DNA of 63,949 nt, filler included, from Conidiobolus incongruus B7586 (lineage: Eukaryota), in NCBI GenBank assembly GCA_000697335.1. It is 31 parts of 31 records of this genome, joined end to end, with 100 filler letters (N's around TTAATTAATTAA, not from the genome) between each part and the next. Parts side by side here need not be neighbours in the genome. Positions count along the whole stretch, not along the records: positions 40,533 to 42,073 come from JNEM01004761.1; positions 42,174 to 43,475 come from JNEM01004762.1; positions 43,576 to 44,605 come from JNEM01004763.1; positions 44,706 to 47,923 come from JNEM01004764.1; positions 48,024 to 49,241 come from JNEM01004765.1; positions 49,342 to 50,655 come from JNEM01004766.1; positions 50,756 to 53,030 come from JNEM01004767.1; positions 53,131 to 57,096 come from JNEM01004768.1; 23 more parts are not named here. One strand, written 5' to 3'. The notes under the pieces were generated by a model that was not told the DNA's origin, made no database searches, and was given only the letters and a program-made list of their open reading frames with translations. This document shows, piece by piece, positions 41,853 through 54,877 of the stretch (its first letter is position 1; each line of letters opens with the position of its first letter). The translations under genes were made by a program, and so were the position numbers.

Positions 41853-42073
41853 TATAACTAGAAGCAATTCTATATTTAATATATTTTTTAAATTATAACT
41901 TATATAATTGTATTTGTTTTAGATAATTAAAGAATTGGATATAAAAAAGAAAATTTTTATAAAACTATTTAATTGATTTATAAAATAATAATCTTTAATT
42001 TTTAATAAAAAATATATAATTTAAATATTAAATTTCTGTTAAAAATATAGCAAAAAATAAATATTAATATAAT
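41853..42073 (+). mobile_element. Older mariner fragment, host of the 40539-41852 insertion
   Basis: tataactagaagcaattctatatttaatata... resumes the mariner ORF at N-W-K, compare 5515 and 63521. Confidence 0.6.
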
Positions 42074-44999
42074 NNNNNNNNNNNNNNNNNNNNNNNNNNN
42101 NNNNNNNNNNNNNNNNNTTAATTAATTAANNNNNNNNNNNNNNNNNNNNNNNNNNNNNNNNNNNNNNNNNNNNAAATAATAAGATTTTATTGTAATTTAA
42201 TTAAAATTAAATAAATTAGAAAATATAAATATCTAAACTAAAATTTTAATTTCCAGTATTAAAATAAATTAATAACTGTAAACAATCAATATTGTTTTGT
42301 ATTATTAAATATTTTAAATAAATGAAAATTAAGTAAATTATAGAATCAATTAACAATTATTATTAAAGTATTCAATCAAAGTTAAATTTCTAATTAAATT
42401 TGGTTAAAAAATTAATAAATATTAAAATTATTTAAAATTTGTATTGACTATATGGATTATTAAATTAAATAATAATGACTTTTTCCAAATAAATCTTAGT
42501 AGGAAAGAAATATATATTATTTAACTTTATGTTTTGTTATTATTTAATTAATAGTCAAAAATAAAATCCGATCTAATAAATTTCAAAGCAAATTATTTAA
42601 CCTATATATTATTCATATCAAGTAAAAATAAAATAATTTTAATAATTACACATTATAACAAAATAATTCAACGTGATGGTGAAATTAAAATTATGTGAAA
42701 GAATTGTTGGTATTTATTTATATTATTATAAATAAAAGATTAAGTTTTTAAAAAAATTAATGAAATAGCTGATTAACAGAATTATTATCTATTAATTAAA
42801 TAATAATAATAAAGCTTGAAAAAAATATCTATATTAAAATTATGGAAAATAAAATATTAGGAAATAATTAAAATAAAAAGATTGAATTAATTTTATGATT
42901 TCCTAAAATCTATTGATAAAAATAATATTTATTAATTTTTTAAATTATTATAATACAAAAAACATCATTAAATTATAAAATCAATGATTATATTATTATT
43001 AATAATTCCTTATTTAAAATAATATATAAGAGAATTTAATAAATACTTTAATTTAATAAATATCTATATAATGTATTTCAAAAGAGTTTGAGCTTTATCT
43101 AATGAATAAATAGATCATTTTATTATGAATAAAATTCAATTAATTAAATAATATTTAATAAAGTTAAAATCAATATTTGAATAAAATTCTTTAAAAAAAA
43201 TTAATATTAGTTCTAGGTTATATCAATTTAATATATATTAATCTTAATATTTAAATATAATAAATCAAAGTTATAGATATCATATAAAATTGAAATAATA
43301 CATAATTTTGACAAATTGATATAAAAATTTGATAATAATTTCATTAATTTATATCAAAATTCAAACTTAAAATATTGATTAATTGATAATTATGTTTTTA
43401 TTTTAATGATTAATCAGAATTGCTTATAATTATAAAATAATTAATAATTCATGTTAAATGAATTTTAATTATAGANNNNNNNNNNNNNNNNNNNNNNNNN
43501 NNNNNNNNNNNNNNNNNNNTTAATTAATTAANNNNNNNNNNNNNNNNNNNNNNNNNNNNNNNNNNNNNNNNNNNNGAAAAATAATCATAAATAATTTTTG
43601 CTTTTTTATTGGTATGATGATAATATAAAAAAATGTTTTGATTGAAATTGAAATTTAATTTTATAAATATTATTTAGTTTATTTAAATTTTTTTCAGATA
43701 ATATTAATAAAATTATAAAAAAATATAATATACTATTATTATCAACATTCAATTATATTTTAAATACTTATTAATAAAGATTTATATTCAACTTAAATTT
43801 ATTATAATTTAAATTTTCTTTTTGATTCAAGAATTATGTAAAATAATCAAAAGTAATCAATTATAAGTATTTTTCTAAAACCTTTTTGTGGTTATACCGA
43901 AATAAATTTAATAAATCTAATATTATTTTTATTTATTTGCAGTCTCTATATAATTTATAGAATATATTTTTTATATTTTTAAAATTCAATTACCTTTAGA
44001 TAAATATATTTAACAAATTTAAGTTATTAATTTCAAACCATTTTGATAATTTTTTTGATTAAATTAAAAATATAAGAAAATATATACTAGAATTTAATAA
44101 TAACTTTAACAATATTTAAATAAATTTGATTTTTTAATCATTTTTATTTTATTAATATTTATTAAATTATCAAATAAATATATAATTTTAATTAATATAT
44201 AATATATAAAGATTAATAGAGTTAACTATTTATTAATATATTAAAATTATTAATATATAAATAAAATTTGTAAAACAAGATATAAGTATTTTTTATCTAT
44301 ATTTGAATATTAACTTGATAATTTTATTATATATATTAATTCATAACAATATATTATAAAATCAAAACTATTTATATATTTTCAATTATTTTAAACCAAT
44401 TTTGAATATAGTATATTAAATTAAATACAATGTATATTTATATTATTGGCATATAATTAACTAAAATTTATTATATTTCATTAATTTTTGCTCAATATAT
44501 CAAAACATATAACAATAACCAAGATAAATTATAAATTTGTTGGTTTATTAGTTAATTAGATAAAATCGAAATATTTATATATATAAAATTTTTTTTATAA
44601 TATTANNNNNNNNNNNNNNNNNNNNNNNNNNNNNNNNNNNNNNNNNNNNTTAATTAATTAANNNNNNNNNNNNNNNNNNNNNNNNNNNNNNNNNNNNNNN
44701 NNNNNTATTAATTATTAATTAAATATACTATTTATTATATTAGATTTATAAACATAAGTTATTAATATCTTTTCTAAGTTAATAATTAATTTATATTTTT
44801 AATTAATTTATTTTATTCTCTATATTAATAATATATAAATCTAATTATTTAATAAAATAATAGATATAATTATTAATTATTTACTTATTATTTTTTTTAT
44901 TTGATTATAATATAAAAATTATTTTTATTATTCAGTTAATAAATAAAATTTAAAATAATAATATCCTTGTAAATTATTTATCTTATCTTATAATTTTAA

Positions 45000-47923
45000 A
45001 TCTAGTAGTTGATAGCAATAATAAAATTTGTTAATATAAGCTCTATTATAGCAATCAAGGTATATCCTACTTTAAAAAATATTTTTAAGATAATATAGTC
45101 TATACTATAATTAATAGCGAATGCCTGGTTTAATTTAAAATAAAAACCTGATTAGTGATATAATAATTCATAATAATAAAAAAATAAACTTCTATATAAA
45201 TATTATAATTTGAAAACTAAAATCAGTTATTTTTTAATTTTATGATATAACTTAATAAATAAATTAAAAAACCTTAATAATATTTTTTTCTTTAACTTTT
45301 TTAATATTATATTTACTATTTTATTTATAATACTTTTATCTCTTATATTATATAAATTTAAAGATAAAATCTACTTAAACTTTTAGATCTTAAAAATTAA
45401 ATTTTATCTAAAAATTTAAATAAAAGACCTCTTAAAGAAAGAATATTGAAATTCTTACTAAAAGATATAATAATGATATGATTTTAAAAAACTTATAACA
45501 AAAATGTAAATTAATTTGAAACTTTTAAAAATTATGCTAAAATACTTAGGAATTAAATTTAAGACTCTAATATTAAGTATAATTTAAAGGATATTTTTAA
45601 TTAGTTAGAAATAACTAATTACTTATTATCATAATATATTTAAAAATTCTAAAATATTCTACCTAATATCAGTGATATAATTAAAAAAACTATTTTATTA
45701 TATTTAAGAATTTGATAAATTTATTTAAAATTTTATTAAGCTTTTTAAGCTAATATTTTTAAATAATATAGTTAACAATATTATAAAATTTGATCTTATA
45801 TTTAACATACAAAATTCTTATATAAGAATAAAGCTTATTAATAATATAACTTATTTTATGCTATATACTGAGATTTTTAAATATTATAAAATACTTGTAT
45901 TATCAAAAAATATATTAAAAATAAATATAATAATTATAAAAATAATTCCAACCAACTTAATTTAATCGCCATTTAAAATTCTTTTTTTGTTAATTTTATT
46001 CTTTTAATTAATATATATTATGTTTATATTTATGAATCAACTTTATTTAACATTTATCACTTGGTTTATAATAACAAAAATATCATTATTTTAGGTAACA
46101 CCTTTTTAAACAAAATATCAAAATATTATTATATTATGGAAAAACTTTTAATTTTATTTGATTTATAATTTTCTTTTAATTTAATCTATTTTTACTTTTA
46201 ACTTAGGTTAATACTCTCAAAATTACTAATAAACAAGATATTCCTATTGATAATATTATAATTTTATAATAATAATAAAGTTTTTTAAATTTATTATATT
46301 AGCTTATATCACAAATAATCTTAGTTATTATGTTATTTTATGTAAATTTAGTTTAAAAAACTTAATCCCAATTTAAATTAGAAATTTGATATATATAATA
46401 TCTCTTCATAAGTTATTTCTTATATTATATCTTTTAATATCTATCTTTACTTTTATCTTACTTAAATATTATTAATTAATTTAATTTTATATAAAAAGCA
46501 AGTATAAAAACTTATAAACTTTAATTCAATCAAATATTATATATTTTTTAATAATTAATAAAAAATTAATAAAAAATTTATAAAATTAGCTAGAAATTAT
46601 TATTAAAAAGATATTAAATTAAATCTATTATTTTAAAGTCTAAAAATAAATCAATAAATCCTTTTTTATCTATTAAAAAAGATATTGATATTATTATTAA
46701 TATTATTATTTATATATTTTTTATCAATAACTTTATTAACTATATAGAGTAGAAGTTAAAAAACTCAAGAAATAACTTGATAAACTTTTTGACAAAAGTT
46801 TAATTAAAAAATCTATATTTATTTAAGGTTTATTAGTATTTTTTATTAAGATAAAAGATAATGGTCTTAAATTTTAAATCAATTATAAAACAATTAATCC
46901 TATTACCAAGAAGAATAGAACTCTGTTACTAAGAGTCAATATATTATTTAACAAACTTTATATTTATTAAGTTTTTGATCAAAATAATATTAAATTAGGT
47001 TATTAATAAATTAATTTAATTAAAAAAATATTAAAAAGATATCTATTAATACTAGATATAGTTAGTGTATCTTTTTAATATTATTTTTTAGACTTAAATT
47101 TATCTTTAAAATTTTAATCCACTATATAATATATTATAAGTTAATTTCTAATCTAATTTATGGTTATTTATAAAAATAATATTTTAATTTACTCTAAATT
47201 AGGATCTGAATATATTTAATATTTAAACTCAATATTATAGGCTTTATTAGAGATTTAGAGATTATTTTCTTAGCTTAATATATATTTAGAACTTATTTAA
47301 CTAAATAATAAAGTTATATTCTAAATATTGATGGTTTCTATATAAATAGTTCTCAAATTAAAATATTTTTTAAAATAGCCTTAATTCAAAACTATTGCTA
47401 ATCTTAGATTTTTTCTCTGACTTATAGGTTATAATAAAAATTTATTTATTTATTAATATAATTTTATTATTTCTCCTGTAATTATATTTGTTAAAAATTA
47501 AAATATATTTTATAAGATCATCAATATATTTTTTCCCTTTAATAGCTTTAAATTAAAAATTTATAAATAATTTTATATGACTCATTTTAACTAAAATATG
47601 TTTTTTAAAATCTATAGTAATATAAGTAACCTTATATTTAAAATAATTATAAGTTAAACTTATAATAGTAAATTAAAATTAAATAACATTTTCAAATATT
47701 GGTTTAATAATATTAAAACTAATAATTTAATATATAACAATGAATTTTATATTATTATCCTTATATTTAAAATATAAAGATATTATATTATTATTTTACC
47801 TATTACTATATTTACTAACTATATTATATTAGCTAAAATTCTAACTCAAAAACTTTTATCTTAAAGGATAAATTATTAGTTATATATTAACTTTTATAAT
47901 TAAGTTATAAAATCAAAAATATA
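45000..47923 (+). mobile_element. Ty3/Gypsy LTR retrotransposon relic (protease-RT-RNase H)
   Basis: From about 46752: EVKKLKK*LDKLFDKSLIKKSIFI*GLLVFFIKIKDNGLKF*INYKTINPITKKNRTLLLRVNILFNKL, matching ELKKQLDELLDKGLI..S.WGSPV.FV.KKDGGLR.CIDYR.LN..T.KNR.PLPR.D. Also NTRYS*..FL.LFFRL (TRYGQ..F.VMPFGL), VIYKNNILIYS (YxDD) at about 47163, NLRFFL*LIGY at about 47400, RNase H-like residues at about 47610-47825 and a YYVILC protease C-terminal relic at about 46326. 5' boundary uncertain, LTR not identified. Confidence 0.88.
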
Positions 47924-48023
47924 NNNNNNNNNNNNNNNNNNNNNNNNNNNNNNNNNNNNNNNNNNNNTTAATTAATTAANNNNNNNNNNNNNNNNNNNNN
48001 NNNNNNNNNNNNNNNNNNNNNNN

Positions 48024-49241
48024 TATATTAAAATACTTAAATCCTTCTCTAAAAAAATTCACTTATATATTAATTAACTTTATAATAAAGGTAAATCAAC
48101 TTGTGAGATTATTAGAATTATTAGTGTTAGTTAATTTATTATAACTAAAGTTATTAAAAATTATAATAAAGATATATTTAAACTTAAGTATATTAAAATT
48201 ATATATAAACATGATAAAAGGTATATTTATAGGTTAGTTAATAAAAGTAAGTGTAATATCACTATAAAAATATAAAAAAAATTATAAAATTATATAAGAA
48301 TATTAGTTAACACTAATATTATTATATATATTTTATATTATAATAGATATTATTTACACTTTAAAAAAAACACCCTTAATTAAAAAAGCTTTATTATAAA
48401 GTTAAGTAAAAGTTTGAATGTCATCACTAAAGTTAAATTAAAATTAATTAGAGTAAAGTAATTTAATCTAATAAAACAAAAATATATTTTAGTAAATTTA
48501 ATAAAAGAAGGAAATATTTTAAAAAAAAACAAAAAATTACTTTATAACTATTATATTATTTTAACCCAAAAATATAATAATAGGTTAATTATAGTTTAAA
48601 GATATATGTTATCTTTTAATATAAAGTATCTTTATAAAGTTGATAAGGGAATTAAAATTAAGTTATACTAAAATATTTTAAATAATAAATTAAAAAAAAT
48701 TATTGAATAATATAAATTAAATAAATTAATTTTATTTTTTAACAAGATAATGCTTTTTGTTATACTATTATTTTTACTATCAAATAGTTTAAAAATAATT
48801 AAATAATAGTTATAAAGTAGCTTCTTTAATTTTTTAACTTTAATCTAATTAAATATCTTTAGGATTAGTTAAAAAATATAGTTAAAGCTTTCCCACCAAT
48901 AAAAAATTTAAATAAGCTTTAAAAATATATTTAGGAAGCTTAAAACAAAATTAATTCATTTTAATATAAGAAGTTAATTGACTTTATATCTTATAAACTT
49001 AAGAAAGTTAAAAAAGCAAAAGATAAATATACTAAGTTTTAATTTTCTTTCCATAACCAAAATACACAAATTTATAACTTGTTTTAGGTAAAATTTAAAT
49101 TTTAATATATCAACTAAAAGTTAATATAATTGGATCAAATATACCTAATTATAAATAAATAATATAAGTTTATTATATATTTTGATTTAAATTAATTTGA
49201 TTAAGAATTAATAAAGTTATTGATAATAATATATATAATCT
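48024..49241 (+). mobile_element. Mutated Tc1 (DD34E) copy
   Basis: ggtaaatcaacttgtgagatt (GKSTCEI, HTH) at about 48090, caagataatgct (QDNA) at about 48743. Colinear with 55200-56430. Confidence 0.88.
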
Positions 49242-50245
49242 NNNNNNNNNNNNNNNNNNNNNNNNNNNNNNNNNNNNNNNNNNNNTTAATTAATTAANNN
49301 NNNNNNNNNNNNNNNNNNNNNNNNNNNNNNNNNNNNNNNNNTAAAATAATTATTATTTGCCTTTTATATCTAATTATGAAGAAAAAAATATTTCAAAAAT
49401 TTTTATTAATTATTTAGAGAAATATTTGGAATTAAAGTTATTAAATATAATATAATATATATTGAAACTTTATATTTATATTATCAAATATATTTTATAA
49501 TAATCAGAATTAAATCTTAAATTATAAATTATAATTTAATAATTCACTTTAAAGTTAATATTAATTATATATTTAAATATATTTTAAATTTTATTCAATT
49601 AATAAGTTGAAATATATAAGTTTTTTTTATTTGTTATAATTAATTATAATTAACTATAAAATTTATTAGTTAATGTTTATTACTAGTAGGTATTTTAATA
49701 TTCATATCACTTCTATAATATGAATTCAATATTAACATCATTTCTGACTTATTTATACATAGCAAAGTATTATTAGATTTCTATAATTATTTTTTTTTGA
49801 TAAATTTTAACCATTTAAAAAGCGAATTATAATTTATAAATTACCATTGATATATAATCTTAGTTATAAGCATTAAAATAAAAATATCCTTTTTTATTGT
49901 AAATTAATTAATCAATTGAATCTTAAAGTTATTATTAATTAATTTGTGATCAAGTCAGGAACCAAGATAATATCAAATCTCTGTAATTTTAGGTTAGAAA
50001 TATTATGGATATTTATAATTAATAAGAAAAATATTTTATTGATATTTAACCCTTCTTATTGGTATATCTAATAACTATAATATTGAATTTTTGACCTAAT
50101 CCATATGATATTAAGAAATTACTCTTTATCAATATACTACAAAACCTAAAATTTAACCAAAATAAAATACAGATTTATGAGTTCATGATTTAAAAAGATA
50201 TAAATAACAAAACTTATGTATATTATTTTATTATATTATATATAT

Positions 50246-50655
50246 AATAACTTGCAAAGATATATTATATTATTGAAAACTATTAAAATTTTAATAAAAA
50301 TATAATATAGAGTTAATAAACAAAATCTAAATCAAATAGTTCAAATTATAATTATTAATAATTAATATAAATTATTATTAAATTATATTCAATTATAAAA
50401 AGCGTAAAATATTATCTTTGAAATTTTACTTAAGATATATTATAAATTTATAAGTTTTTAGGAAAGAAAAAAAATTAAATCAAATATATCTATGTTTAGC
50501 TTTTGTAATTATTAAAAGTTTATATATTATTGAATAAATTCACGTTATATTATAAATAGTATTTAATTTTATGAATTTTATAAATATTTTTAAAACTAGT
50601 TTAAATTTTTTATAAAAAAAATATTTAATATCATTTTTTAATTAATAAAAAAATA
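50246..50655 (-). mobile_element. Decayed Tc1 3' end
   Basis: taacttgcaaaga terminus-like, ttttacttaagatatattataaatttataag inner repeat, tatatctatgtttagcttt C-terminus. Confidence 0.6.
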
Positions 50656-50755
50656 NNNNNNNNNNNNNNNNNNNNNNNNNNNNNNNNNNNNNNNNNNNNT
50701 TAATTAATTAANNNNNNNNNNNNNNNNNNNNNNNNNNNNNNNNNNNNNNNNNNNN

Positions 50756-51010
50756 TTTTATTGTTGCTATTATATAAGTATAGTAGTAAATACTAATATA
50801 ATATAAAAGAAAATTTAATATAAGAATATTATAACACAAAATATAATATTATAATATAGCTATAGTATATAAATATAAACAAAGCTTAATTAAACTTCAA
50901 ATTGGGATAAGTTACTAATATATTAAAATTTATATTAGATAGTGTTAATATACTATAATATTAATAGGATATAGTCTCAAACTTAGAAATAGTAGAAAAG
51001 ATAAGAAATA
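50756..51010. repeat. Unidentified repeat family, copy 2
   Basis: Colinear with 30281-30543, differing mostly by transitions. Confidence 0.7.
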
Positions 51011-51179
51011 GTAAATATTGAGAGAAAAAAAAACCTAGTTTATTAGATAATTTAATGTTATCTATATAATTAATTTAGCTATAAAAGTATAAATTAATTA
51101 TATAATTTATAGTTAATTAAATTATAGGAAAGTATATATAAGAATTTAAAAGACTAGTCTCTCAACAAAATAATAGAAT

Positions 51180-51460
51180 TAAATAATAATTTATTATCAA
51201 AAACAATTTGTAAATTTGTAATAATTTTAAAATTTTATGGTTAAATTTTAAAGATACTAAAATAAATGACTTTTAATAATCATAATTTCATTTAAATATC
51301 AATACATTATTTAATTTTTTAATCAAATACCTAATATATATATAAATATCTAATTTATAATTAAATATCTTTCTATTTATTTTATATAAAAGTTATTATC
51401 TGAAATTAATAATATATTTATAAAATCAAAAAATTAATGATTTTATTTTTTTAAGCTGAT
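51180..51460 (-). mobile_element. Decayed mariner 5' fragment
   Basis: Matches 35255-35520 (tttgtaaattt, tggttaaattttaaagatactaaaataaa). Confidence 0.55.
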
Positions 51461-52379
51461 AATAAAATATTTTTTTAATTAACAAATAATAACAAAATAA
51501 TATAATTCAAGATAACTATAACTATTCTTAAATAGTTTTAAAATTTATATTGTTTTTATTATAGTCTAAAATATTAATACTAGAATAAAAACTAAATTGA
51601 TATCAATAAGGTAATGATTTTAAATTAAATAAATCAAAAAGTAGGTTATCAGAACTTTTTTCAAAACCATCAATATTAAAACCTTGAATTATTGATTTAT
51701 TACCAATTTATAATAAAAATAAGTATTTTAAATAAATAAAATAATGATTAAATCTTAATTTAAATAATTTTTATATATAATTCTAAGAAAAAAATAAAAG
51801 TGATGTCAATTAAAATGATATTATCTAATAGATTTTATTTAAATATCAAATAGCTAAATAACTTTAAATTTATCATTATTTTTCTAAGGAATAATTAAAA
51901 ACAAATTTAGATTTTTAAAATAATTCATATTTATTTATATAACCAAAAGTTATTTTTCAAATGCAATATATAAATTCCATTGTCTATAATTTCATCAAAA
52001 TTATAAATACCATATATTATTAAGTATTTATTTAATTCTAAAATTATAAATATCTTAAAATTTAAATTGCATTTAAAAAGGTTAAAAAGTTTAATTAAAT
52101 TGGAATAATTTGTCATAAGTAAAATTATAGTTGTTGTTAATAAAGTTTTGAATCGATTTCTAATTAAAAACATTTTTTAACAATATAATTTGATTTAAGA
52201 AATTTATATAAATCTATTATCAATATTTAAAGAATTTGTTTTAATTATATTGATTATTTATAATAGATTATTAAATATATAATATAATGAAAAATTTTAT
52301 CTTTATGATTAATAATTAATATATCAAAACTTTAATTTTAAAAAAATTAATAATAAAATTTAAATTATTAATTCAAAAA

Positions 52380-53030
52380 TCTAAGTATTAAATCAAAATA
52401 AAATAAATGAGAAATATTTTAATTTGAGACTTTTAAAATATTTTATTAACTTTAATTAAAAATTATAAACAAAAAAGTATAAAAATATTCTTTTAAAAAA
52501 AATAAAAATTAAAAACTTATTATATAATATTTAGTATTTAAATTAAATAATGGTTATCAAAAGTTTTTTAATTTGGTATTAATAAAAATTAATTATAAGT
52601 CCTCTAAAATTATTTTAAAATGGTAATTAACTTATAAAAATTAGGTTATATTTAAATTATCAAGTTTTTTCAAGTAAATTAACTTAAAATAAAATAAATT
52701 ATAAAAGATTAATAGGATAAAAAAATATAATTAAAAATATTTAATATTTGTTAGAATAGTAATAAAATATTATAATATTAGTTATATAAATGAAATTATA
52801 AAATAAAAATCTAGCTCTTAATAATTAATAAAAATAAAATAATTGTAATTAAACAAAACTTACTAAAGTATAATATAAATCAGATTTTTTTAATAAATTA
52901 TTATAATTAAAAATCTATAAATTATTTTATATATTTGTATTTTAAAATGTTATATTAAGTTTAAATAATCTCCTTTATAAATTATAATAGATAAATATCT
53001 ATATTATAATTAAATATTAATTAAAATAAT
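52380..53030 (+). mobile_element. Decayed mariner 5' half
   Basis: ataagtcctctaaaatt and aaacaaaacttactaaagtata match about 62786 and 63141. Confidence 0.55.
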
Positions 53031-53130
53031 NNNNNNNNNNNNNNNNNNNNNNNNNNNNNNNNNNNNNNNNNNNNTTAATTAATTAANNNNNNNNNNNNNN
53101 NNNNNNNNNNNNNNNNNNNNNNNNNNNNNN

Positions 53131-54452
53131 ATATAACCATATCTTTTTTTTATTATTTTATATAATATATTACAGATATATTAAATTCTTTTTATTAATA
53201 TCATTATACCTAAATCTTTTTTTAAAAAAATTTATTAGTGTATTAATCAGCTTTATAAAGAAAATAAATCAACTTATAATATTACTAGAATTACTAGTGT
53301 TAGCTAATCTATTATAGTTAAAGTTATTAAGAATAGTAATAAAAATATATTTAAACTTAAACTTAAGTATATTAAAACTATAGATAAATATGATAAGAAG
53401 TATATTTATATATTAGTTAGTATAGGTAAATGTGGTATTATTATAGAAATATAACAGGAACTATAAAACTATACAAGAATATTAGTTAATACTAATATTA
53501 TTATATATACTTTATATTAATATAGATATCACTTACATTTTAAGAAAAAACACCCCTAACTAAAAAAATCCCATTATAAAGCTAAGTGAGAGTTTAAATG
53601 TTATTATTAATGTTAAACTAAAATTAATTAGAATAAGGTTATTTAGTTTATTAAAATAAAAATATATTTTAGTAAATTTAATAAAAATACTAGATGCTTT
53701 AAAAAAGATATAAAATTAATTTATAACCATCATGTTAATTTTACCCAAAAGTATAATAATAAGTTAATTATTATTTGGGGATATATATTATCTTTAAGTA
53801 TAGGGTATTTTTGTAAAGTTAATAGGGGAATTAATGCTAAGAAATATTAAAGTATTTTAAACAATGAATTGAAAAAAAACTATTGAATAGTATAGGTTAA
53901 ATAAATTTAATACTATTTTCTAATAAGATAATACCTTTTGTTATATTATAGCTTCTATTACCAAATAGCTTAAAAATAACCAAATAAAAATTATAAAGTA
54001 ATTTCTTTAATTTTTCAACTTTAACCCAATTAAATAACTTCAAGATTATTGAAAAAAAGCTATTAAAGCTTTCCCCTTAACAAAAGATATAAATCAGCTT
54101 TGGGAATATATTCAAGAAGTATAGAACAAGATTAACCCTTTTTAGTATAAAAAGTTAGTTGATTTTATACCCTATAAACTTAAAGAAGTTAGAAAAGCTA
54201 AAGATAGATATATCAGGTTTTAATTTTTTTTATCACCAAAAGCCTATAAATTTATAACTTATCTTAGGTAAAATTTAAAGGTTTATATTTTAACCAATTA
54301 ATAACTAAATATTATTATTTAAACATATAAACTATTAATAAATATAATAGATTTTAATTATTTAATTTAAGTTTATTTTATTAAATATTAATTAAGTTAT
54401 TAGTAAAAATATAAGTGTTTTTGATTTTATAACTCACTTTTACAAGTTAGTT
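53131..54452 (+). mobile_element. Mutated Tc1 (DD34E) inserted in an older Tc1
   Basis: KKHP, IWG, GGINA, NPI and QLWEYIQE motifs. Terminus attttataactcacttttacaagttagtt followed by TA at 54453. Confidence 0.9.
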
Positions 54453-54877
54453 TATAAGTAATTATAATAATATTATAGAAATATAATAAGTAATAAAAAA
54501 TTATATAATATTATCTGATAATATTAATAATATTATATATTCTTTATATTGAAATTAATATTACTTATAATATTAATAAAAAATACCCTTAACTAAATAA
54601 TACCTTTATAAAATTTAACAAATGTTTAAATATTATTATTAATATTAAACTAAAACTAATTAAAATTAGGTTATTTAGTTTAATAAAATAAAAATATATT
54701 TTATTACATTTAACAAAAAAGCTAGCTACTTTAAAAAATATATAAAATTATTTTATAGCTTTAAGTGAATTTTACCCAAAGATAGAATAATAGCTAAATT
54801 ATTATTTAAAGATATATATTATCTTGAAATATAATGTATTTTTATAAAATTAATAAGGGAATTAATATTAATATATA

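Noticed and set aside
51931..52173. 80-aa ORF
   Set aside because: Low-complexity AT-codon composition, no motif and no GC elevation.
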